A DNA stretch of 64,000 nucleotides from the NCBI GenBank assembly GCA_002440965.1, contig DJWJ01000015.1, forward strand, positions 34-64,033. The letters run 5' to 3'. This document shows, in pieces, positions 8,338-15,349 of this stretch. Numbering within the stretch: position 1 is the first letter of the stretch; each line of letters starts with the position of its first letter. The DNA is from Candidatus Omnitrophica bacterium UBA6233. GTDB taxonomy: Bacteria; Omnitrophota; Gorgyraeia; Gygaellales; Profunditerraquicolaceae. The translations under genes and the position numbers were made by a program. The notes under the pieces were generated by a model that was not told the origin of the DNA, did no database searches, and saw only the letters and a list, made by a program, of their open reading frames with translations.

Positions 8338-10119
8338 ATGCACGCTTTAACCCTGTTAATAGTCAGCCTGCTTGTTTTTGCGCTGGCCTATCGGTTTTAT
8401 TCCAAATTTCTTATAGCTAAGGTTCTTGTCCTTAATGATAAGCGCGTTACTCCGGCCCACGCCTTTAAAGACGGTTTGGATTACCATCCTACCAATAAAT
8501 TTGTCCTTTTCGGCCATCATTTTGCCGCCATTTCAGGAGCCGGGCCTTTAGTCGGGCCGGTTCTTGCCGCTCAGTTCGGATTTTTGCCCGGTTTCTTATG
8601 GATACTCATTGGCGCGGTCTTGGGAGGAGCAGTGCATGATACTGTCATTCTTTTTGCCTCCGTAAGGACAAAAGGCTTGTCGCTTACGCGCTTAGCCCGT
8701 AAGAATATAAGTAAAACTGCGGGTTTTGTAACCGGCATCGCAGTGCTTTTTATCATTATTACCGCATTGGCCGGGTTGGCGTTGGTTGTGGTGGGAGCCC
8801 TCAGCGAAAGCGCTTGGGCGACTTTTACCATTGCCGTTACAATTCCGGCAGCCCTGGTTGTTGCTTTATATATCTATAAACTCCGCCCGGGAAAAATCTT
8901 TGAAGCTTCTTTGATTGGAGTTTTAATAGTCACCGCCGGCGTTGTCTTTGGCGAGCCGATCTCTAAAACAGCATTTGGCCAGTATTTCTTATTTTCTAAA
9001 TCCGCCCTTTCAATAATCTTGCCGGTTTACGGGCTTATCGCTTCGGTATTGCCGGTTTGGCTTTTATTATGCCCGCGCGACTATATGAGTTCTTATATGA
9101 AGATAGGGACGATTTTATTGCTGGCGGCGGGAATATTCATCGTTAATCCCCGTTTGAATATGCCGGCGCTCACTAGTTTCATAAATGGAGGAGGCCCGAT
9201 AATTCCGGGTAAGGTTTGGCCTTTTGTTTGTATTACCGTTGCCTGCGGCGCAATTAGCGGTTTCCATAGCCTGATAAGTTCAGGGACTACCCCGAAGATG
9301 ATTAATAGGGAATCGGATATCCGGATGATTGGTTTTGGCGCAATGCTGGTTGAAGCAGTCGTTTCGATTATGGCCTTGATTGCGGCTTGTGTGCTTTTAC
9401 CGGGAGATTACTTCGCGATTAATGTTCCGGTGGAAGCTTTTCATAAGTTAGGGTTGTCACCCGTGCATTTGGCGGAAATAGAAAAGATGGCAGGGGAGGC
9501 ATTGGCGGGCAGGACCGGAGGAGCGGTTTCCTTGGCAGCCGGGATGTCGGTAATTTTATCTGCTATTCCGGGAATGAAGGCGCTTATGGGTTATTGGTAT
9601 CATTTTGCGATTATGTTCGAAGCGCTTTTTATCCTGACTACGGTTGATACGGGAACTCGGGTGGCCCGCTACATTCTGGAAGAATTAGCCAGGTTAGCTG
9701 CCCCTAGAAGGCGCATAGATAAATCTTTTTTTGGGGTTATCCTAAGCGCCGGCTCAATTACTTTTCTTTGGGGATATCTGGTCTATAACGGGGAGATTTC
9801 TACTATTTGGCCGATGTTCGGCGTAGCTAATCAACTTTTGGCTACTTTAGCGCTTTTGGTCGGAACGTTGTTTATTCTTAGGCATACCAGGAAATGGCGG
9901 TATGGGTTAATCACTTTCTTACCGGCGCTTTTTATGTTTATAACTACTGTTTTTGCCGGGATATTAAATATTACCGGCAACTATTTACCTAAACATAATT
10001 TTCAGGGGAATCTAAATGCGGGCCTATCGACGGTTATGATTATACTGGTTGTGATCATATTCTTTGAATCTTTAAAAAGCATAAATTCATTGCGCCAGGT
10101 AAAGGAATTTAAGATATGA
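8338..10119 (+). CDS. cstA: Carbon starvation protein A
   Basis: '[51 protein letters not shown]' is a near-consensus CstA N-terminus; 593 aa polytopic. Confidence 0.9.
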   Translation: MHALTLLIVSLLVFALAYRFYSKFLIAKVLVLNDKRVTPAHAFKDGLDYHPTNKFVLFGHHFAAISGAGPLVGPVLAAQFGFLPGFLWILIGAVLGGAVHDTVILFASVRTKGLSLTRLARKNISKTAGFVTGIAVLFIIITALAGLALVVVGALSESAWATFTIAVTIPAALVVALYIYKLRPGKIFEASLIGVLIVTAGVVFGEPISKTAFGQYFLFSKSALSIILPVYGLIASVLPVWLLLCPRDYMSSYMKIGTILLLAAGIFIVNPRLNMPALTSFINGGGPIIPGKVWPFVCITVACGAISGFHSLISSGTTPKMINRESDIRMIGFGAMLVEAVVSIMALIAACVLLPGDYFAINVPVEAFHKLGLSPVHLAEIEKMAGEALAGRTGGAVSLAAGMSVILSAIPGMKALMGYWYHFAIMFEALFILTTVDTGTRVARYILEELARLAAPRRRIDKSFFGVILSAGSITFLWGYLVYNGEISTIWPMFGVANQLLATLALLVGTLFILRHTRKWRYGLITFLPALFMFITTVFAGILNITGNYLPKHNFQGNLNAGLSTVMIILVVIIFFESLKSINSLRQVKEFKI

Positions 10120-10423
10120 AAAGTAAGGTATATTTTATTCCCGCGGATGCTTCTGATAATATTCAGTCGTTGAGTTTAAAAGTTAGAAAACTGCTGGAGA
10201 AAAGTAATTTACTCGATTTTATTCGAAAGAAAGATAAAGCATGGGCATACTTGCTTCGCTTGATCCTGTGAGTATCGACAAGGCAAGTTTTGATTTAGTT
10301 AATAAAGCAAGCGGTAAGGATATTTTTAAAGCAACGCATCCGGATCAGGATGGAATGAAACAGCTTAATCATGCTTGGGAAATCGGATTGGGCAGCCTTG
10401 ATTATGAGTTGATTATGGTGTAA
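10116..10423 (+). pseudogene. DUF362-family gene remnant with a large internal deletion and frameshift
   Basis: N-terminal '[11 protein letters not shown]...' (38 aa, frame 1, stops at 10271) and C-terminal 'GILASLDPVSIDKASFDLVN...HPDQDG...GLGSLDYELI' (frame 3, 10241-10423) both match DUF362 ends. About 270 central codons, including the Fe-S region, are absent. Confidence 0.5.
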
Positions 10424-10442
10424 AATAAGGAGAAAATAAACT

Positions 10443-10937
10443 ATGGCTAATTTTTCATTTGATATTATTTCTGAAGTTGATTTGCAGGAAGTGGATAATG
10501 CGGTAAACCAGGCTTGTAAAGAATTGGCCCAGCGTTACGATTTTAAAGATAGCAAGGCCTCGATTGCTTTTGACCGTAAAGAAGAAAAGATTACTTTAAT
10601 CGCGGATGATGAATTTAAGTTGAAGGCCCTTACCGATATGTTAGCTACGCGCCTTGCCAAGAGGGGAGTTTCGTTGAAGTCTCTTAAATTCGATGAGCCG
10701 CAGAAGGCGTTTGAAGGATACCTGCGTCAGTCAGCGCAGATTTGTATGGGTATTGAAAAAGAAAAAGCCAAAGAATTGACCGGTATCATAAAAGGTTTGG
10801 GGCTAAAAGTGCAAACCCAGATTGAAGGAGAAAAAATCAAGGTTAGTTCTCCCAAGAAGGATGAGTTGCAGGCGGTTATTGCGCATTTGAAGGGGTTAGA
10901 TTTCCCCCTTCCGCTTAGTTTCGGAAATTATAGGTAA
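10443..10937 (+). CDS. yajQ: YajQ-family (UPF0234) nucleotide/c-di-GMP-binding protein
   Basis: 'SFDIISEVDLQEVDNAVNQACKELAQRYDFKDSKASI' matches the YajQ N-terminus; 164 aa. Confidence 0.85.
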   Translation: MANFSFDIISEVDLQEVDNAVNQACKELAQRYDFKDSKASIAFDRKEEKITLIADDEFKLKALTDMLATRLAKRGVSLKSLKFDEPQKAFEGYLRQSAQICMGIEKEKAKELTGIIKGLGLKVQTQIEGEKIKVSSPKKDELQAVIAHLKGLDFPLPLSFGNYR

Positions 10938-10988
10938 AATAAGGAAGGTGGTTGTCACCTTTCAGGTGTAGCAAAAAAGGAGGCAGGC

Positions 10989-11150
10989 GTGGCGTATCAA
11001 AGTGGTGGTGGATTTGGCGGGCCAAGAGAGATGCACAAGGCGACTTGTTCGGAATGCAAAAAAGAGTGCGAAGTCCCTTTTAAGCCCAGAGAAGACCGTC
11101 CGATATACTGCAAAGAGTGTTACTCCAAGCGTAAAAACGAAGGGCGTTAA
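10989..11150 (+). CDS. Small CxxC-x17-CxxC zinc-ribbon protein (53 aa), absent from the ORF track
   Basis: GTG start 6 nt after 'AAAAAGGAGG'; 'GGGFGGPREMHKATCSECKKECEVPFKPREDRPIYCKECY'. Preferred over the listed 11002..11220 ORF in another frame. Confidence 0.5.
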   Translation: MAYQSGGGFGGPREMHKATCSECKKECEVPFKPREDRPIYCKECYSKRKNEGR

Positions 11151-11159
11151 AAGGCTAGT

Positions 11160-11194
11160 CATTGCGAGCCCCGCCTGCGGCGGGGCAAAGCAAT
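11160..11194 (+). terminator. GC-rich stem-loop (GCCCCGCC-tgc-GGCGGGGC) downstream of the zinc-ribbon gene; weak U-tract
   Basis: Perfect 8-bp GC stem with flanking ATTGC/GCAAT extension. Confidence 0.3.
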
Positions 11195-11216
11195 TTCTAC
11201 CGGAAGGAGGAATTTT

Positions 11217-11582
11217 ATGAAGAGGTTCGTAGTAGTATTAGCGGCAATATTTTTATTTTCGGCTGTGACTTTGTTGCGCGCTGAAGAGAAAACAAATAGC
11301 GAAGTCATCTCTATATCTATTGAAGCGGTAAAAGCGAATAATTTTGAAGTGAAAGATGTTAAAGTGATTTATGACGAAGGGGGAAAACTCTGGAGCGAGA
11401 GGTCGGGTTATCTGATAGGAGAAGATAAATCGCCGAATCATGGAATTATGAGGAGAGGGTTCCTTAAGAATTACAAGATAGTCCTTTTTGACTATAAAGA
11501 GCCGCTTCCGGATATTTGGGTATTTATTGATAAGGACACCAATGAGGTGTTGGAGGTTTATCAGGAAAAAGCCAAGAGTTAA
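11217..11582 (+). CDS. Secreted hypothetical protein (PepSY-like fold suspected)
   Basis: Signal peptide; pattern loosely resembles PepSY repeats. Confidence 0.4.
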   Translation: MKRFVVVLAAIFLFSAVTLLRAEEKTNSEVISISIEAVKANNFEVKDVKVIYDEGGKLWSERSGYLIGEDKSPNHGIMRRGFLKNYKIVLFDYKEPLPDIWVFIDKDTNEVLEVYQEKAKS

Positions 11583-11612
11583 TTTGGCATCTTAGAATTA
11601 AAAGTTTTTTTA

Positions 11613-11648
11613 AAGGGTTGGGTTTAATTATCCAACCCTTAATTTTTC
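11613..11648 (+). terminator. Rho-independent terminator
   Basis: AAGGGTTGG-N10-CCAACCCTT 9-bp stem followed by AATTTTTCTT. Confidence 0.6.
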
Positions 11649-11677
11649 TTGACAAACCACACATTTGTGTGGTATAT
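11649..11677 (+). promoter_or_regulatory. lexA promoter (TTGACA-17-GTATAT) with an embedded palindromic operator candidate ACCACACA-TT-TGTGTGGT
   Basis: -35 at 11649-11654 and -10 at 11672-11677; a perfect 8+2+8 palindrome fills the spacer. Confidence 0.5.
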
Positions 11678-11739
11678 CTATGGGTATGAAAAATAAGCCG
11701 TATTTGACACATTCGACAGCGCCTGAAAGGCACTGTTCA

Positions 11740-12354
11740 GTGTCAACCCTGAGTAAAGTCGAAGGGTTGACGCCGAAACAGGAAAAGGTGCTTAATTTTA
11801 TCCGTAAACGGATAGGGGAGAGGCTCCCCCCTACAATCAGAGAGATAGCAGGGGAGCTGGGGTTTAAATCTACCGGCACAGTAAGGGATTATCTCAAGGC
11901 TTTACAGCAGAAAGGATTGGTCAGGCGTATGAATAATAAATCCCGGGCTTTAGAATTAACTGAACGCGCAAGCTGCAATAAAATACCTATAATTGGGACC
12001 ATAATGGCTGGTAAGCCAAATTTGGCTTATGAAGAAATTCAAGGATATGTGGATGTGGATAATCTGTTTTTAGGCCGCTTGGGTTTCGATGATGTATTTG
12101 CCTTAAGGATTAAAGGCGATAGTATGATCGATGCCGGTATCCTTGATGGCGATGTGGCGATAATTAAGAAACAGCCTTATGCTGAAAATAACGACATAGT
12201 GGCTGCGCTTTTGAATGATAACGAAGTTACCTTAAAAAGGCTGGCGCGTAAGGGCAATAAATATCATTTGGAAGCCGCTAATCCGAATTACCCGCCAATT
12301 TTCGAAGAATTTAAAATAATCGGAAAGTTGATGACAGTAATAAGGAAATACTAA
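11740..12354 (+). CDS. lexA: LexA repressor (SOS regulator, S24 peptidase)
   Basis: wHTH 'LTPKQEKVLNFIRKRI...TIREIAGELGFKSTGTVRDYLKALQQKGLV' plus S24 'RIKGDSMIDAGILDGDVAII'. The ORF-track start at 11665 lies inside the promoter, so the GTG at 11740 (or TTG at 11767) is the likelier start. Confidence 0.85.
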   Translation: MSTLSKVEGLTPKQEKVLNFIRKRIGERLPPTIREIAGELGFKSTGTVRDYLKALQQKGLVRRMNNKSRALELTERASCNKIPIIGTIMAGKPNLAYEEIQGYVDVDNLFLGRLGFDDVFALRIKGDSMIDAGILDGDVAIIKKQPYAENNDIVAALLNDNEVTLKRLARKGNKYHLEAANPNYPPIFEEFKIIGKLMTVIRKY

Positions 12355-12357
12355 AGA

Positions 12358-12666
12358 ATGAACCAGAACAGCTTTAATCCTAAGGCGCGCTGGGATAGGT
12401 TTGAGCCGCAAGCCCAAGGTTTTAGTCCGGATGGTTTAGCCGAAAGGATTGAAGTTCTGGCTTATTTTAAAAACTCGCGCATTTACCCTAAAACTTTCCT
12501 TTGGAATGGCAAAGAATACAATATAGAAACTATGACCTACAATTGGCAGGAGAGTTTTGGCCAGGCATTGATTAATTATTTTTCAGTAATTAGTTCCGGA
12601 CAGCTCTATCAGATATCATTTAATAATTCCACCTTTCGTTGGCAGATCGATAAAATAATCCAATAA
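12358..12666 (+). CDS. Hypothetical protein (102 aa) in the SOS cassette between lexA and dinB
   Basis: 4 nt after the lexA stop; no recognisable family. Confidence 0.5.
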   Translation: MNQNSFNPKARWDRFEPQAQGFSPDGLAERIEVLAYFKNSRIYPKTFLWNGKEYNIETMTYNWQESFGQALINYFSVISSGQLYQISFNNSTFRWQIDKIIQ

Positions 12667-12674
12667 AATTAGAA

Positions 12675-12719
12675 AGGGACGGTTCTATGCTAAATGGCTA
12701 TACGAATAGAACCGTCCCT
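12675..12719. repeat. GC-rich palindromic element, short form (AGGGACGGTTCTAT-N17-ATAGAACCGTCCCT)
   Basis: 14-bp perfect inverted repeat; the same termini recur at 26242, 37276 and 47651. Confidence 0.8.
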
Positions 12720-12726
12720 AAATAGT

Positions 12727-13842
12727 ATGATTCTGCATATCGACATGGACGCGTTTTTTGCCTCAATTGAACAGGTTATAAATCCGCGTTTAAAAGGCAA
12801 ACCGTTAATTGTCGGTTCGCGCGTTGATAAAATGCGCACTGTGGTTTGCGCCGCAAGTTACGAAGCCAAGGCTTTGGGAATTCATTCCGGTATGCAATCA
12901 AGAGACGCTTTCAATATATGCCCAAATTTAGAATTTGTAGCGGCAGACCAAGCCAAATACATCTGGACTTCGGAGCAAATTTTCGAACTGCTTCAGGGTT
13001 TTGGATTTGCGCTGAATTATGCTTCAGTTGATGAATTTCAAATGGATATACGGGATTATACGGAGCCGTTTAAATTAGCCCGGGAAATCCAAGAGCAGAT
13101 CTATGCAAACTTTAACATTACCGCTTCGGTTGGTATAGCCAAAAACTGCCCTTTAGCCAAGCTGGCTTCAAAAATAAATAAGCCAAAGGGAGTGACTATT
13201 ATAAATGACGCTAACCTTAAAGAGGTCTTAAGCTTAGCGCCGCTTACCAAGGCCTGCGGGATGGCCGGCAAAACCGGACAAATCTTGATGGCTCAAGGTT
13301 TAAAAACCTGCTGGGACATTTATTTAAACTTACCGGGATTCTTTGGTGCGGATGGAAATCCCGGTAAGTTTGAGGAATCTAGTGAAGATGAAATAAGCCA
13401 GCGGCCTAAGTCAATAAGTCATTCATATACCTTGCCGAATGCTTTGGGAAACCCTATAGTTATTAGCGCCTGGATTAGGGTCTTATCTGAAATGGTTGGT
13501 GAGCGGCTGCGGCGTAAAAACTTGACCGCTAGAACAGTCCATCTTTGGTTAAATATGCCGGATAAGGGCGATTTTCTGGCCCAAAAAACCTTCACAATGC
13601 CTACCAATGATAGTTATGAGATATACCGGAAATCTCTGAAGTTGATGGCTGGAATGCCTAAAAAATGCCATAAAATCCGGGCTTTGGGAGTAACTGCCAG
13701 CCATTTAGAATACCAGGATTATCTGCCTTTGCTGGTTGAGGAAAGGCGCAGAGAGGCATTGATTAAAGCGGTAGATAGAATCAATGCCCGCTTTGGGGAT
13801 AGTTCGATTTTTCCTGCCCAGGTAATTTTAACCCGTAAATAA
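12727..13842 (+). CDS. dinB: DNA polymerase IV (Y-family translesion polymerase)
   Basis: 'MILHIDMDAFFASIEQ' canonical Y-family start. The ORF-track N-terminus (from 12694) reads through the upstream palindrome and is probably not translated. Confidence 0.85.
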   Translation: MILHIDMDAFFASIEQVINPRLKGKPLIVGSRVDKMRTVVCAASYEAKALGIHSGMQSRDAFNICPNLEFVAADQAKYIWTSEQIFELLQGFGFALNYASVDEFQMDIRDYTEPFKLAREIQEQIYANFNITASVGIAKNCPLAKLASKINKPKGVTIINDANLKEVLSLAPLTKACGMAGKTGQILMAQGLKTCWDIYLNLPGFFGADGNPGKFEESSEDEISQRPKSISHSYTLPNALGNPIVISAWIRVLSEMVGERLRRKNLTARTVHLWLNMPDKGDFLAQKTFTMPTNDSYEIYRKSLKLMAGMPKKCHKIRALGVTASHLEYQDYLPLLVEERRREALIKAVDRINARFGDSSIFPAQVILTRK

Positions 13843-14070
13843 AAATAGGCGATTAGAGACAAAAAATCCCGGTAATCTCCTTCACTAATCCATCCGTAAA
13901 TGCTAACCTTAAAAGAAGGCGGTAAGTTTAAGTAATTCGAAAAGAGCTTTTCCACAGGAAAATACCAATGTATCCTAACCTCTTATTAACCATAGCCTTA
14001 GAATAATCTAGCTAATAAGCTGAAGTTAACATAAGATATATTATAGGAAGTTGAGCACAAGAAGAATTTA

Positions 14071-14098
14071 CCCGCCTATAATACCCGTTATGTTAAGA
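14071..14098. other. dif-like candidate Xer recombination site at the convergent strand-switch (cCCGCCTATAA-tacccg-TTATGTTAAGA)
   Basis: Matches the conserved 'ATAA-N6-TTATGTTAA' core of bacterial dif sites; sits in the 284-bp gap where + and - strand gene arrays converge. Confidence 0.2.
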
Positions 14099-14126
14099 TT
14101 TAGGCAGATTTTAATGATTTTAGGGC

Positions 14127-14471
14127 TTATTCTGTTTTTGGTTCTGGTTGTTTTTGCGGGGATTCTTCGCGGGAACTGATTACATAATGTCCGCCTTGTA
14201 TCTTTATGGTATGCCCATTTACCAAGGCGTTGGCTAGGCTTTTATGCGCTCGCGTTAATATCCGGCTAAAGGTTTGTTGAGATATACGCATTAGTTTAGC
14301 CGCCTTTTTCTGGGGTAATCCCATATAGTCAGCCAACCTTATGGCCTCAAACTGGTCCATACTAAGATCCACTTCGTTTGGCCTTCCGGGCCTGCCTCGG
14401 GGGCTAAATTGGCTTATCTTAGGGTCAAGGCGCACTATCCTGTATTTTTTAGGTCTTCCTCGAGGCTGCAT
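14127..14471 (-). CDS. DUF134/UPF0251 family predicted DNA-binding protein
   Basis: 'RGRPKK...' N-terminus and HTH-like 'QKKAAKLMRISQQTFSRIL'. Confidence 0.65.
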   Translation of the reverse strand: MQPRGRPKKYRIVRLDPKISQFSPRGRPGRPNEVDLSMDQFEAIRLADYMGLPQKKAAKLMRISQQTFSRILTRAHKSLANALVNGHTIKIQGGHYVISSREESPQKQPEPKTE

Positions 14472-14537
14472 TTACCTGAACTTACCGGGTTTTAACGCCC
14501 TATTTATTATGAGTAGATACTCTAAATGTTTGTTAAG

Positions 14538-14570
14538 AAAAGGGCCACTTCTTAAAAAGGGCCACTTCTT
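14538..14570. repeat. Tandem direct repeat 2 x 'AAA(AA)GGGCCACTTCTT' upstream of the DUF134 gene
   Basis: Two adjacent near-identical 16-17 nt units. Confidence 0.6.
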
Positions 14571-14580
14571 TCCAAGAATA

Positions 14581-14766
14581 TCAGACTTCGTTTTCTTTGA
14601 CTAATTTACGGTAGTATTCGATACATTTATGGCAGGTTTTTTTGCTTTCGTGCCATTCTGGATGATCGCGCCTAATTAATTCCAGTAAATATTCTTCTGC
14701 TTTAATATGGGCTAGGCTGGCAAAATCGTCGATTTCGCGGTCGCAAATCTGGCATTTGTATTTCAT
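14581..14766 (-). CDS. Small zinc-ribbon protein (CxxC...CxxC)
   Basis: 'MKYKCQICDRE...KKTCHKCIEYY'; ATG at 14766. The ORF track uses an upstream TTG at 14775. Confidence 0.5.
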   Translation of the reverse strand: MKYKCQICDREIDDFASLAHIKAEEYLLELIRRDHPEWHESKKTCHKCIEYYRKLVKENEV

Positions 14767-14942
14767 TTTATGCAATCACTCCTCCAGCAGCAAATCAGCT
14801 GTTCACAGATGCGGGTAGTTCCAAAGCACGCGTTATTTCCTTCAGCGCGCTGGATTGTTTTTATTAGATCCTTCTTGGATAGTCTCCAGGTATCTTTGAT
14901 TCCCAATGATTTTGCCCTTTTTTCTACTTCAGAAAGCCTCAT
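14763..14942 (-). CDS. Small Rho_N/SAP-like domain protein (59 aa), absent from the ORF track
   Basis: GGAGGG RBS 7 nt upstream; 'MRLSEVEKRAKSLGIKDTWRLSKKDLIKTIQRAEGN' resembles the Rho termination factor N-terminal (SAP-like) motif; stop overlaps the next start (ATGA). Confidence 0.4.
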   Translation of the reverse strand: MRLSEVEKRAKSLGIKDTWRLSKKDLIKTIQRAEGNNACFGTTRICEQLICCWRSDCIK

Positions 14943-14943
14943 T

Positions 14944-15336
14944 TTAACTCCCTCCTGTTGTGTAGACTTTATAAACTAAATCGCCTTGCCTGACCCGGGA
15001 ATTAACCAGTAAACCGATTTCTTGTCCGGTTTTAGCTGAATTTACGGGAACGTGGTCAATTTGCATAGAAATTATGTTTTGCGTAAAATCCGTAGTGTGG
15101 CCTTTAATTTTAATTGTTTCTCCGGCAGATAAGCGAGCCTTTAGCTTGATTACCGCGGCTTGCACATGCGGGAAATAATGCGTTATAACCCCAATTACGT
15201 TCCCCTTTCTTTTTATTACACTTTTTTTCGGGGAGACAGTTTTCTTCTTGGCAGTTTTTTGGGTTAATTTCTTGGCAATTTTATTTTTTGCCGGTTTCTT
15301 CTTAACGATTTTCTTAGCCTTCTTCTTTGGCGCCAT
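14944..15336 (-). CDS. Lysine-rich histone-H1-like tail fused to an EF-Tu domain-2-like beta-barrel; candidate ParA partner/adaptor
   Basis: ATG at 15336 preceded by GAGGGAGGTG, 14 nt after the ParA stop; 'APKKKAKKIVKKKPAKNKIAKKLTQKTAKKK' then 'GVITHYFPHVQAAVIKLKARLSAGETIKIKG...GQEIGLLVNSRVRQGDLV'. Confidence 0.55.
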   Translation of the reverse strand: MAPKKKAKKIVKKKPAKNKIAKKLTQKTAKKKTVSPKKSVIKRKGNVIGVITHYFPHVQAAVIKLKARLSAGETIKIKGHTTDFTQNIISMQIDHVPVNSAKTGQEIGLLVNSRVRQGDLVYKVYTTGGS

Positions 15337-15349
15337 AAGCACCTCCCTC

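Noticed and set aside
10946-10962. Small hairpin AAGGTG-gttgt-CACCTT after the yajQ stop
   Set aside because: A 6-bp stem without a U-tract. It could be incidental, because the RBS of the downstream zinc-ribbon gene follows immediately.
11002-11220. ORF-track CDS 11002..11220 (+, 72 aa)
   Set aside because: A different frame over the same DNA encodes a recognisable CxxC-x17-CxxC zinc-ribbon protein with an excellent RBS. The 72-aa frame has no homology signal and runs through the terminator hairpin.
14770-14979. ORF-track CDS 14770..14979 (+, 69 aa)
   Set aside because: It is antisense to a better-supported 59-aa Rho_N-like gene on the - strand, which has an RBS and is coupled to its neighbours.
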